Source of the DNA: Epithemia pelagica
Taxonomy: Eukaryota > Protista > Bacillariophyta
DNA: 64,000 bases
Direction of reading: 5' to 3'
Assembly: GCA_946965045.2 (NCBI GenBank)
Contig: OX337231.1
Location: 310,001 to 374,000, forward strand
Position 1 is the first letter of the stretch. Each line of letters begins with the position of its first letter. A model generated the notes under the pieces. The model did no database searches and was not told the origin of the DNA. It saw only the letters and a program-made list of their open reading frames with translations. A program made the position numbers and the translations under genes. This document shows, piece by piece, positions 53,239 to 64,000 of the stretch.

Positions 53239-53770
53239 GGTGAGTGATTGCGTGTCCTCAAGTTGGAATCATTGGGTATCTACAATCCTTCTTTGTTTTT
53301 CTCTTTTTATGTGTGTGAATGTGTGTGACTCGTTTTTGTGGGGCCCTGGACGGATCTTGTGTCGTTGCTGGGAATTTACAGGCGATAGGTACAACTCTCC
53401 ATGGTGTGAATCTTGCTGCACGATTGTTTGTCTTTCCCATTTTGTGAGAGCGCATCGCAAACACGCTGTTTGGCAAGAAAGGCGCGCGCGCGAGTCCCGC
53501 AGGAAAAGACGGTCGCTCTAATGCATTCCAGTCGCGCTAAAGAGGCTACCCACGGGAGTCTAGCTATTGGGGGAATAGTCCGCCTTAAGAGAGAAAAGCT
53601 TCTCCTACTCCTATTATGAAAAAGAAAGTAAATTTACATGCAAACGACTTATTTTGTTTTTGATTTCACTACGAACTTGTATTCAGCATATGTTATTGTG
53701 GTGCTCGAGAAGAGCTGGTGGTTGATACTTCCATTGGTTATTGGTTGTGCTCCTCGATGGAGACGTATTC

Positions 53771-55906
53771 TTAGTGCCAGTCATTTTCCTTCATGAGAGC
53801 TCTCGTAGACTTGATGCATCGAGCCATCATCACGGGTCCCAGATTGGTGTTGCCAAAACGATTCTTGTCCTTGCACAGAATGACTGGATCCGTCAGGACA
53901 AAGTTCTCACCATCCTTTACGCCCTGGAGATCTGTCACCATGAGATAGCCATTGGTGGCCAGGAATGTAAAGTCGGTGAACCTCAACAGAGTCTCGTGCA
54001 GCTCCTCGTCGTTCCAGTATCCGGTATTGTTGCTAAACTTGGTAAAGACTCCGTCGGGCAAGGGTTCCTCCGCACAAAACCTGCGATCGCCACATTTCTC
54101 ATTATCTTCCGATTCCTCTTCCACAACACAAGCCTGTAAGACTCGAATGTGACCGCAATGTGAGGGACGGTCCGATGATGCATTGTACTGGCGCGCAAGA
54201 AAGTGAGCCACGGTTGAAACTTCCATCTGCTTGAGATACTGAGTACGGTCATTCAATCCTTTCCCAACATGTTTGTACGACTTCAATACCATTGAGCTGT
54301 GTTCACTGGACAAGTTGCATTCGAGACGGGCAAGTTGGGCATGAAAGGCAATGCGGATTTCCCCCTCAGCAAACGGATGACGAGCTCGACGCATAAGCAT
54401 CGTTGAGCTCTTAGTGCGGTCCGTCCTCTTCAGCTCTGGCGCAAAGAAGCTCAACAGCCCAGATTCGAGTGGTTCCTGCAAATCCCTCATATGTTTGATT
54501 CCTTTGTTGCGGAACAACTTGACTTTGACGGCAGGTTGGATCTTCCACTCATGAGAACTGGGACGTTTCGGTTCAATCTTGTACGACTTTTTACTGACTG
54601 AGCTCGCTTTCGTCGATGGATCCAAAGGATCAATGACTGGCGCAAAAGAAACGGACTTGATCCCCCCTGCAACAGTCATTGTTTTGAAGATGGATTTGCG
54701 GAGGCCAGTGGTAACACATGCAGTCATTTTCGAGGTGTCCTTGATGTCAACAACTGCAATCTGGATTCTATAGTGATCCTTGAATCGAGCAATCATCCGA
54801 TCCGTTGTGCTTGTGATCCGACCAAAGTTTAGGGTCATGGTTCCCTCTGCGTTACTGTTCGCTTCAAGAGTCTTGAGTTCGTCTACAATGTTAATGCCGG
54901 GCGTTCCTCCCGGATAAGCTGTTCCGCTAAGGAACTCATCGCCATGGCACGACATATCGGCGATTATAAAACAAACTCGAGTTGGTTGCTCCCAGCTTAA
55001 ACCGTTCGCACGCTGAATGCCACCAGCCATGTTCTCTCCATACAATGATTCTCCGTTTCTGGCTCTGATAGGGGCCATAAACTCAAGAAACTTTTCAACA
55101 GAAGGAACGAAATCAAGACGTTCACTTCCTGCCTTGTCGTCCTCCACCCCCCGATACGCCACAAACGCCAGTCGTAGATTCAGATTGGCATTGGTTGCCC
55201 GGACGCGAAAGATGATATCACGAATGCTGCTCTTCACTGCTTCAATGTGAGGACACATAGATCCTGTGCAGTCAACAATAAAACAAAGATCCACGCTTTC
55301 TGCGGCTGAGAGAGCTCGAACCACACTACGAATGTCCTTTTCCTTGATTCGAGTGCGTACATCCGCAAGAGATCGCGCAGTACAGCTTCGCAAGTAGCTC
55401 ATTTCCATATCTGCTTCAGATGCCTTGGACTTCTTCAATTCACTTTTCAGTTTGTCCAGTTTACGTTTAGCCGAAAGGAGTTCCCTTTTCTCGTCCGCTG
55501 TTGCCGTAGACGTCTTGACCTTGCCAAGCAAGCCGGCAAGCTCTTCCATTTCGTTCGCCGCCTCCGCGGCAAGGAACTCCGTCTTGAGTTTCGATGCTGC
55601 GACATCTTTCTCGGTGACTCCTTCATCCATCAATGAATCTTCATCCTCATCGATAGGTGTGAGAACCATCTCGGCTGATCTTAGATCAAACATATCTCTG
55701 TTGTGCACTGCGTGTCTGCTTTTGATCTCTGCAATTTTATGACCAAGCAGATGGATCCATCTCTTGTGCACAGGAAAATCCGATATCTTTGGTGGGTTCG
55801 CGGCTGTCAACAGTTCTATGACAAAGATAGTACTCCGGCGAAACACAAGTTTTTTTGCAAAAGTCAATGCAACAGGAAGCGCGGATCCACAGCTTCTATT
55901 CCTCAT
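53771..55906 (-). CDS. vWA-domain alpha-kinase (MHCK/eEF2K family); true start possibly downstream
   Basis: vWA MIDAS: VDLCFIVDCTGSM. Alpha-kinase: PFAEGEIRIAF, VLKSYK, FTKFSNNTG, MVTDLQGV, LTDPVI, FGNTNLG. Confidence 0.9.
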   Translation of the reverse strand: MRNRSCGSALPVALTFAKKLVFRRSTIFVIELLTAANPPKISDFPVHKRWIHLLGHKIAEIKSRHAVHNRDMFDLRSAEMVLTPIDEDEDSLMDEGVTEKDVAASKLKTEFLAAEAANEMEELAGLLGKVKTSTATADEKRELLSAKRKLDKLKSELKKSKASEADMEMSYLRSCTARSLADVRTRIKEKDIRSVVRALSAAESVDLCFIVDCTGSMCPHIEAVKSSIRDIIFRVRATNANLNLRLAFVAYRGVEDDKAGSERLDFVPSVEKFLEFMAPIRARNGESLYGENMAGGIQRANGLSWEQPTRVCFIIADMSCHGDEFLSGTAYPGGTPGINIVDELKTLEANSNAEGTMTLNFGRITSTTDRMIARFKDHYRIQIAVVDIKDTSKMTACVTTGLRKSIFKTMTVAGGIKSVSFAPVIDPLDPSTKASSVSKKSYKIEPKRPSSHEWKIQPAVKVKLFRNKGIKHMRDLQEPLESGLLSFFAPELKRTDRTKSSTMLMRRARHPFAEGEIRIAFHAQLARLECNLSSEHSSMVLKSYKHVGKGLNDRTQYLKQMEVSTVAHFLARQYNASSDRPSHCGHIRVLQACVVEEESEDNEKCGDRRFCAEEPLPDGVFTKFSNNTGYWNDEELHETLLRFTDFTFLATNGYLMVTDLQGVKDGENFVLTDPVILCKDKNRFGNTNLGPVMMARCIKSTRALMKENDWH

Positions 55907-55934
55907 TGCATGTTCTGTTCATCCACGAAACGTT

Positions 55935-56300
55935 CTGTTCACGTCAAATCCGAAAAAAAGATTCGGCCAAGGCAGGAAGTTGGCACCATCTGTTGTTCCT
56001 CGTTGCACTTTCTGTTCTTGACATCTCCAAAAACCTCAGAAACAGAAAGATCCCACGGGGGTCTGAAGTTCTTTTCAAGTCAAATCCGAGAAAAAAGATT
56101 CGGCCTTTCCTGTGGGGAGACGGATGACGGATTTTCTCGTCAGAAGATCAGCAAGGGAAAGTTCCCCTCGGATCAGGAAGATGGCACCATCTGTTGTTGT
56201 TCCTCGTTGCACTTTCTGTTCTTGACGTTGAGACAACCTGAGAAACAGAAAGATCCCACGGGCGACTAACGTTTGGTTTCACGTCAAACCGCACAGAGTC
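55935..56300. repeat. Degenerate short tandem duplication upstream of the alpha-kinase
   Basis: tggcaccatctgttgtt...agatcccacggg at ~55981 and ~56182; gtcaaatccg..aaaagattcggcc at ~55943 and ~56079. Confidence 0.7.
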
Positions 56301-56559
56301 GCATCCATCTGCCTCCTTGACAACAAACCTGGAGTCTCGTTTTCTGCACGGGCGTTGGGAGGGGAGGAATTGCATGCTTGTCTAGACTCGTGAGTCAGGC
56401 ATGGCGTCCTTCCTTGTGTTTTCTCACTGCTGACCCGTCAATAGCTGTGACACACACAGTGGACAGAAGGAAACACCCTGTTGTAGAAAAAGAACTTTAG
56501 AACCCGTTACTCCTACAATCATTCTCGGCAAAGAAGGACTTCCAACCAGGCAATGCGCA

Positions 56560-56690
56560 AATTGCGGGCTATCTCATCATCATCAAGTCATGTCGTCGTC
56601 AATGAATCGAATTGTGTCGTGTACGAGCTATGCAGTTTGACGCACACAGCCTCGCACACGACCATGACTGTCATTCTAGCAGCCACACAT
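56560..56690 (-). promoter_or_regulatory. Candidate SECIS-like 3'UTR stem-loop
   Basis: AUGAC (56674-56670) / UGAU (56585-56582) core, AGUCAUG/CAUGACU helix, long upper hairpin with AAA in the apical loop. Longer than a canonical SECIS. Confidence 0.5.
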
Positions 56691-56769
56691 TCGTTGCAGC
56701 ATCAACCACCAGATATACACACCCATACATGGTAGACTGGATCGTTGGAAATCGGAGGGGTAGACTCCA

Positions 56770-57321
56770 TTAGAAGGAGCGTCGTTGGGTGGTTTTGCGG
56801 GAGTGATTTTTCAAGGCCAGCGTGGCGGCGGAAATTTCGTCCATACTTTGTTCGCGTCGATCGCTGTATTTGCGAAACAAGTCTTGTTGTCGCCCCGTCC
56901 ACACTTCGGTGGTTGTTTTGGAGCTATTGTTGTTGTATTGCGCCGTTACAGTGACTCGAATCGGATACACGTGGACTCGATTGCCCTGAATCTTGACACC
57001 AGGCCACGATCGTTCAATCGCCTCCGCCGCCGATTGGTACTCTTGATACCCCCCATCTCAGTTGGCCGACTAATAGAATTAATCATACGTAAAAGAGACA
57101 AAAAATCATCAGCATGACATTTGGAGAATCGAGAGAGACGTACGAATGCAGAAAAAAGGACCCAACCATTCCAAAAATACAGAGGAACGCAAGACAAACC
57201 TGTCAGCGACAGAGAAAAAGACTCCGATACAATGGAAACCTGCAGCCCCATACCACATGACTCCACTTGATGTTCTCGTTCTCTCTCGACTTACAAACGT
57301 GACGGTGAATTCAGGGTCCAT
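56770..57321 (-). CDS. Probable selenoprotein, Rdx (SelW/SelT/SelH-like) family, 108 aa; 2 exons (57321-57295, 57069-56770); UGA=Sec at 57058-57060
   Basis: MDPEFTVTF | GTAAGT..TAG | SAN-UGA-DGGYQEYQSAAEAIERSWPG..YPIRVTV..EVWTGRQQDLFRKY. The paralog at 49222 has Cys at the aligned position. Confidence 0.8.
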
Positions 57322-57787
57322 GATGCTTTGCTCTGCGTCGGGAGATACACAAGAACAAGTTTGTTTTGGATCTATGCGTGTAGGTGGTTTGGTTGTCTTA
57401 TGGAGTTGTCTTGTCCCTTTTTGATGTGTCGTCGTCGTTGCGTCTTGTTGTCGCGTCAGCTCTTCGTTGTTCGCGGTCACACTGCCCGAGCATTTTTAGG
57501 TCGTGGTTTGGTCGCTAGTGGGTCATTGAAATGATCCACGCAAGTCTATACCTACTCCTAGTTCTTCTCCCATCTTATGCATCCTGTCTTCTCTCAAACG
57601 GAGAGACTTCTTGTCCTCTAGCATTTTCATTGAAGAAACTACACTCTCTTCCTATCTGGCGTTGTCCACAAAAGGAAAGTTTGCCGGCACACGCATGGTG
57701 GCAAACTCATCCTGAGTGGTAAACATCGAAACCCTGTACTATAGTAATAATAGGAATCCAACAACGACGACGACGTGTTTGCGGATA

Positions 57788-60700
57788 TTATATGTAATAG
57801 TTGCCACTTCCCATGGCATTGGGATTGCCACCAGGATCGACGGCCGAGGGGGCCGGTGGCAAAAAGGCCGGTTCAAACGAGGTGGAACTTTCCATGGCCA
57901 GTCCCGTGTACATGGCATCGCTGCCACCGCCACCATTGTAGAAACCACCACCGCCGCCACCACCACCTCGAATACGACGAATCAGTCGTCCCACAAAGTT
58001 GATTGGTCCTTCGCAGCCATCCAAAGTCAAACCATAACGCTTGAAATAATAATAACCTCCCACACCCAACAGCAATACGACAAAGACGTTGCGGAAGAAA
58101 TGAGATTTCTTCTTTTTCTTGGGTGTTTCTTCGTCTCCAGTGCTTCCTGCGCTGGGCTCATCTTCTGGAGTGGACGCCGCGTCTTGATCTGCTGGTTCAT
58201 TGGCATTGTTATTGTCATTGTTGGCAGCGTTATTATTATTGCTGTTATTGTTTTTGTTGTTTTTGCCGCGCTTTTCCGGGGGAATGTATTCGTTCCTGGT
58301 CTGGCTGGTGCCACTAGTAGTACTACTGCTGCTGGGGCTATAACCTCCAGAGGGTGGTGACGGAACTGGAGCTTTCGTAGGGTTCTTAGTAGGGGGCGGT
58401 GTGCGAGCGGATGGAGAACTGGGCGTGGGAGCGCCATCTTTCAGACAGTTGTCCTTCAACGAAAGATAAAACTGCCACGACTCTATACATATCAAGCAAT
58501 TAGAACCGAGTGAGAAAATGATTCACAACGAGTACAGAGTCCGCAAGAGAGAACCTGGGATACCGTAACGTACCATGCGTCACTTCTAGGTTGGCTTCAC
58601 AGTCCAATCGTCGAAAGGACGGAAAGGTACCAGCCCCGCCACAATCCTCTTTGAGGACAAAATCACATTGTTTGGATTGGCTCAAATCGGCATTGGTAAA
58701 TTTCTTGATAAGATTCGATCGACAGGGTGTGTAAAATTCGTTCCAGGCGGCACAATCAATTTTATCCAGAGCATTACAGGCATCAACGGATTCGTACAGT
58801 AAGGTTTTAAAGTTCAAAAAGGACGAACACAACGGACAATCCTTGTTGGCTTGTGTGGCACAATCACAAAAGTTTTCACCATCTTCATAGACAATTCGTG
58901 CCAAGGCTTGAATGGATTCGGCCAAGCCGGGATCCTCCACTTGGACACTGGACTGACCATCCTTGGCTCGGTTAAGAATAGACATGCATTCTTGCGCCGT
59001 ATGGCCTCCGTGATTGACTCGATCGCGGTACTCATGTGCACACTTTTCAAAGGTGTCCAAATCTCCAAAATGATTTTGATCAAAATCCATGAGCAACATG
59101 GACACTTCATCAAACTTGGTACATTGGCTAAATTCCAAAATGGCATCACTTCCCGCCATCGTTTGCGTCGGAGAACAAATGGCATACTCCGAATTGCCAT
59201 CAGAGGCCTGATTGTTGTTGCTACTCGCCTTGCCACCACTCGAGCCTTCACGGCTCATGCAATAATCCGTCTTGGAGTCATCGGTACAAGCGCACAAGGC
59301 ACAATCCACCACAGCATTGAAACTGTCCATACCAAAACAATACGTCGGCGTAAAGTCTTCTTTTTCCAAACAGGCATCGCACATTTCGTCCGATTGGCAG
59401 GATTTAACTTGAATCGGACATTTCTTGGTGACACATTCAAACATGGCCTTGAATTCGGTATAATCTGAATCCTTGGTGGGATCTTCGGTCGTGCGGCCAT
59501 TGCACGTGGTGTCGCACGAGGTACCATAGGCTGCAAACTCACACGTCATGGGTGCCCCACCTGAAGCAATGGCCGGTGCGGCTCCCACGGTTCTGTAGGG
59601 TTTGAGTTCCCAGGACACTTCCTTGCCCCAAATACCACCCTTGGTTGTGACCGTATAACAGGCCGGCTTGGCACTCAAACAGACAAAGGCGGTTCCTTGT
59701 GCACCGTTTTTCAAACCCCCTTCAAAGACCTGCTTTTTGGTATCTTTATTCGTCAATATCAATTTGGTTTCTTCCCAACCATCGCCAAAGGAATCGTACA
59801 TGGTCAAGCGGTAGGGTTCTTCATCAATTTTCGGACAGGCAAATTCAATGGAATCTCCGCCTCCGGCATAAATTTCGTCATCATTATTATTGACCCAGTC
59901 CTTATTTTCTCCACAGTCGACACTCAGGGCATTGTTACAATCGCGACTGAGCGGATCACGACAGGCATAGCCTTCCATGCCACAATGAATCTGGTTGTTG
60001 TCTTCATGACACGAGTCGGGACAACAATCGCCCTTATCCCATCCACAAACAGCCGAATTGTAACAACCGTAAAGGTTTTCGTGACAAATGCCGTCTCCCA
60101 AGAACTGCTCATGCATTCCGGGCCATTCGCACCGGACCAAGCTGGAACAATCCAAAGTGGTGGCATTGGCCATGGCCGGATGTTGTTGCTGTTTTTCGTG
60201 TTGGGGTTTGACACAGGCTTGGAAGGAGACGCAAAAGGCCGATTCAGCTTTCTTGTCGACAGCCATGGCATTGCAATGACCCTTGTCGTAAATGACATTC
60301 AACACATCCCTGCACTCGAGGTTGTCGGGCATGGTGGCCCAGTCAATGTCTTGTTCACTCATTTTGGCAAAACAATCCAAACACTTCGAATGCTCCAAAC
60401 ATTGAGTCAAGGCCTGATTTGTACCAAGAAAAAATAGAATAGCATTAGCTAAAGAGGAACGAACAAATGAACAGAAAATCACATTTGGTGCTAGCCATCC
60501 AGAGAAGCTAAACGACGCACGACCAAAGGTATCTTGCACTCTTCTCCTCGTTTCATGCACAAACAGTTGAAACATAATACAATTTGTACGTACCCCATCA
60601 CACAGCATGTAGCCCAAATCTTCATCCAATTGACGGGCCAACAATCCTCGTCCATGACGAGATGTTTCTTGTTCCTGGAAGGTAGACCACAAGGCATGTT

Positions 60701-61037
60701 TGGTTTCCTCCTTTTGGAGTTGTCGATTCCACTTTGTCCTGTCATGATCAGTCAATCTGGAACAACAATCAAGCAAGCAAGCAATCGATCTGATGAGTCC
60801 CATACAATTACAGAGAAGAGACAAAGACTTGCAAATATTATGCAAACTCTCTCTCTCTCTGTGCGATGCGTTGGATAAAATCGAGAGGCGCTTCGATACG
60901 TACCGTTTGGTAAAGCTTTGCAATGAATCTGGACTGGATCGAACCGATACTGCTAGCTGCAACAGAACAAACAGCACTGGCATCATGGTAGATCGTACGG
61001 CTGCTGATGGAGCGACGGCAGCGGGAACCTCGATCAT
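57788..61037 (-). CDS. Type-I membrane protein with an LNR(Notch)-like repeat and Cys-rich ectodomain; introns 60757-60903, 60414-60593, 58483-58573
   Basis: CEWPG..FLGDGICH..CYNSAVCGWDKGDCC, YRLTMYDSFGDGW. Three GTACGT..AG introns; the last one joins the two track ORFs (VTH|ESWQF). C-terminal TM segment VFVVLLLGVGGYYYF. Confidence 0.82.
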
Positions 61038-61539
61038 GGTTCATTCAGTGGGTCTCTCTCATCCGTTGTCTCTAGTGGGATTCGGGTGATGAGTCGTGTG
61101 TTCTCGACTTTCTCCATGGTGTATTGTGGGGGCGTCCCCCCTCCAACTGTTTCGAATGGATGGACACCCCCAGAAACGCGAAACTAGTTTCTCCTCCGAT
61201 TCGTCTTGGGGGTCTCCGTCTCGTCCCCCCAAATTCCCCCACAAAACACCGACTGGTTCTCACCCTCGAACCACAAAACCTGCCCTTGCTATCTGTATCA
61301 GATTCCCAAGCTCATAGACTCCTCTAGCTACACTCCTAGTATCGTTGTCTCGCTCTTTTCCAAGTGGTGTAGACAAAAACGACTTGAACAATGCTTCTCC
61401 AGTTTTGCGATTTTTGACATTTATTTCTTACATTTACTAGATGCTTATATTTTACCCATCATCATCTATGAACGATTCTTATTGTGTGTATGTACGGATA
61501 TGTGTGGTTAGAACGACCATGAAGGAATATCATTCTCCC

Positions 61540-63930
61540 TTAGGGCTGATCGGTAAACAGAAAGGGATCAAAGTGCTGAATCAAATTCCGGGGTGCGGCG
61601 GCCGATGTGAGAGCCGTTCCATAACTCATCAGGGACCGTTCTTCATCGTCGGCATCAAAAAAGGCGGTGGAACTTCCCACGGAACCACCTCCAGTCTTGC
61701 AGGAATGATTGTCGTCATCATCGTCATCGTCTCCGTCCACAATTTTGTCAAATTCCGAACCCAACAATCCCAGTCGAACTTCTTCCGTAATTTCGGAAGA
61801 AAAATGTCGTCCCCGACCACTATTCGAACCAGACGAAGATCGATTCTTCGAGTCCGTGTGGGTGGGTTCCGCCGCTTGTGATGATTGTGCTGTGGTTCGA
61901 AAAGGAGATCCCGAAAAGACTTCTGGAAATTGGTACTGATCAAAGAATCCCGTTACCTTGCTCATGACACTCTGTCCTTGTTGTGGTTGCGGTTGTTGCT
62001 GTGGTTGTTGCATGGCATTGGGGGAGGGTGTTCTCATGTGCACCCTTGTTGTCTGTGATGGCTTTTTGACAGCGTTGGGAGAGGGTGCTCTTATGGCCGG
62101 TCTGCGGTGGCCATGGTTACTGTTGTTGTTGTTGTTGTTGTGGTTGGTTTGATACGGCTGTTGTTGTGGTGGCTGGTCGTGAGTAGAATGGTGATTGTTA
62201 TTCTGGTACGGCGACGTCATGGACGAATGGTCGGACGGTACGGATGACTGGTGCATGCCAGGTCCAACCGTTGGGGAAGGATGCAAACCGACCGAATGTG
62301 AGGAGGAGAGATGGCGGTCGGTTTGTCGGGAGAATTGATTGTGGTGGAATCGATTGCTTCGAGCCAAATCCGATTGAAGGTTGTTTCGAACATCTCTAAT
62401 TGTTGAAGCAATCATCTCTTCCAGGAGTTCTGAATCTGTCTTTTCCAGTTCAGGACTTGGAGGACGACGTGACGACGCTTTTCCACCACGAACATGGTGA
62501 AACAAGAAATCATCGGTCGAATCTTGCGCTTCAATACAATTCGATGCCATGTCATCTTCATCATCCCACGAACTTGCCACCGAAAAGACGGAAGCGTCCA
62601 ATCCACCCACGGCAGCCAGTGCGGCAGATGAAGAGTTGGTACGTCGTACAACGGAATGAAGACGATCGTTTGTCCTGTTCGAAGACATGAGACCCGACTG
62701 ATTGCCCTGAATTTGGTGATGTCGCTGTTGCTGTTGCTTTTGTTGACTCCACTTGGATGGGCCAGCCATTCTGAAAGCTGATCCAGAAGGCATTGGATTA
62801 CCAGTCCCAGGACCGCTCCGATAGTTGGTACGAGCAAAACCTGGAACTCCACCACTACCGTTGGACTCTTGTTGTTGTCTGCTCCATCGGTGCGTTGTCC
62901 CGGTGGGGGTTGTAGTATCTGTTTGGGAAGATGAGACTGATACTGTGTCGGAGGCCGAATTGTCCCATTGTGCGGAGGAGCGATCTTGTCTGTGTAAAAC
63001 ACCCGAAGACGACTTTGTCAAACGAGGGTGAGCTTGCTGCTCCACAGACATGAAGTTGGCGGAAGACATTGGATTACCAGTCCCAGGTGCATTCTGAAAG
63101 TTGGGCGATGTGCGCGCAAAACCAGGAACTCCACCACCACCGTTGGACTCCTGTTGCTGTCTGTTCCATCGGTGCGTCGTTCTGGTGGGAGTTGTGGTAT
63201 CTGTGTGGAAAGACGAGACTGAGACGGTGTCTGCGGCCGAATTGTCCCACGGTGCGGAGCAGCGATCTTGTCTGTGTAAAACTCCCGAAGACGATTTTGT
63301 CAAACGAGGGTGAACTTGCTGCTCCGCAGACAAGAAGTTGGTGGAACGCGGTTGTGCTTTGGCATTGACAGAAGAGTCGTGTGCTGACATCCTGTTTGCG
63401 GTCGGCATTGAGGAGGCGGAAGGACTAGAGTCAATCTGTTCGTCTTTTTTGGAAAATTGTTGCTGTCCCTGGGACATGCTATTTCTAAAAAGGCGTTCAC
63501 TGATCTTTTTGATCGCACTTCCAGTCGGTGCCGAGGAAACTGAAACGCTATCAGATGAAGTCCATTCAGAAGAATTGCCTGCCTGTTTTTGGCCAGAAGC
63601 CGCGCGAGAGAAATTCGTCTTTGTATCTTCAAGATTCGGAGGAGCAGAAAGCGGACGATGAGACGGCGATTCCGTCGCAGAGACGTTATGCTTCTGCTTG
63701 GATGAGGGGACGTCGGAGGAAATCTCCATTTCTCGACGATGGTGGATCCCATTCGAATGGTCTTCATTCACGGGAGAAGGCATATGGGATCGTTCCATGC
63801 CCATACCTTGTGTTCGTGCGTTAAATGAACCAGTGGAGCCTGATCGAACCTCAGTCCTACCTGGACCCATTGTTCCACCATACTCTTTCTTGTGTTGTTG
63901 GTCCGTGGCCGACATGTCATCCGCAAACAC
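61540..63930 (-). CDS. Low-complexity Ser/Gln/Asn-rich protein with a duplicated ~92-aa internal segment (~62790-63342)
   Basis: 796-aa ATG-started ORF; two copies of EQQ.HPRLTKSSSGVLHRQDR.SA.WDNSA.DTVSVSS..TDTTTPT.TTHRW.RQQQESNG.GGVPGFART. Confidence 0.65.
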   Translation of the reverse strand: MFADDMSATDQQHKKEYGGTMGPGRTEVRSGSTGSFNARTQGMGMERSHMPSPVNEDHSNGIHHRREMEISSDVPSSKQKHNVSATESPSHRPLSAPPNLEDTKTNFSRAASGQKQAGNSSEWTSSDSVSVSSAPTGSAIKKISERLFRNSMSQGQQQFSKKDEQIDSSPSASSMPTANRMSAHDSSVNAKAQPRSTNFLSAEQQVHPRLTKSSSGVLHRQDRCSAPWDNSAADTVSVSSFHTDTTTPTRTTHRWNRQQQESNGGGGVPGFARTSPNFQNAPGTGNPMSSANFMSVEQQAHPRLTKSSSGVLHRQDRSSAQWDNSASDTVSVSSSQTDTTTPTGTTHRWSRQQQESNGSGGVPGFARTNYRSGPGTGNPMPSGSAFRMAGPSKWSQQKQQQQRHHQIQGNQSGLMSSNRTNDRLHSVVRRTNSSSAALAAVGGLDASVFSVASSWDDEDDMASNCIEAQDSTDDFLFHHVRGGKASSRRPPSPELEKTDSELLEEMIASTIRDVRNNLQSDLARSNRFHHNQFSRQTDRHLSSSHSVGLHPSPTVGPGMHQSSVPSDHSSMTSPYQNNNHHSTHDQPPQQQPYQTNHNNNNNNSNHGHRRPAIRAPSPNAVKKPSQTTRVHMRTPSPNAMQQPQQQPQPQQGQSVMSKVTGFFDQYQFPEVFSGSPFRTTAQSSQAAEPTHTDSKNRSSSGSNSGRGRHFSSEITEEVRLGLLGSEFDKIVDGDDDDDDDNHSCKTGGGSVGSSTAFFDADDEERSLMSYGTALTSAAAPRNLIQHFDPFLFTDQP

Positions 63931-64000
63931 AAGAGGGTACGGATCTTGTTCCCTGCTGCTTTTTTCCGAGAAGTCTTCCTCTTCTCCCGTGGATGAGTCG

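Noticed and set aside
56500-56580. Second SECIS candidate (ATGA-gatagcccgc-AA...GA)
   Set aside because: The spacing fits but helix II cannot form properly.

Overview
Eukaryotic nuclear DNA, most likely from a pennate diatom. This is inferred from the short GT-AG introns, bipartite plastid-type leaders and a CoDi-like copia; the ORF track ignores splicing and uses GTG/TTG starts, so it misses or mis-starts several genes. Main content: (1) An apparently intact 10.4-kb tyrosine-recombinase retrotransposon (Ngaro-like; split direct repeats A1...B1-A2-B2; 11820-22186). It shows an in-frame UGA-CUA gag/pol junction, a recombinase ORF with no AUG before its first catalytic Arg, 16-bp complementarity between the A and B termini, and an antisense pair of ORFs coupled by an ATGA overlap. 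(2) Three spliced Rdx/SelW-like paralogs, split or missed by the ORF track, that share one phase-0 intron. One has an in-frame UGA (probable selenocysteine) and a SECIS-like 3' hairpin, one has Cys at that position, and one has lost the site; the two non-Sec copies start with Met-Gly. (3) A ~5.6-5.9-kb segmental duplication and an inverted third partial copy carrying Crinkler-like REase+kinase genes and SABATH methyltransferase pseudogenes. (4) A young but defective Ty1/copia element, a 456-bp MITE-like insertion within a 263-bp tandem repeat, and ordinary genes (Mpv17/PMP22, CRTISO-like, alpha/beta hydrolase, vWA alpha-kinase, LNR membrane protein). No rRNA, tRNA or CRISPR was seen. All family assignments come from motifs read by eye; no searches were run.
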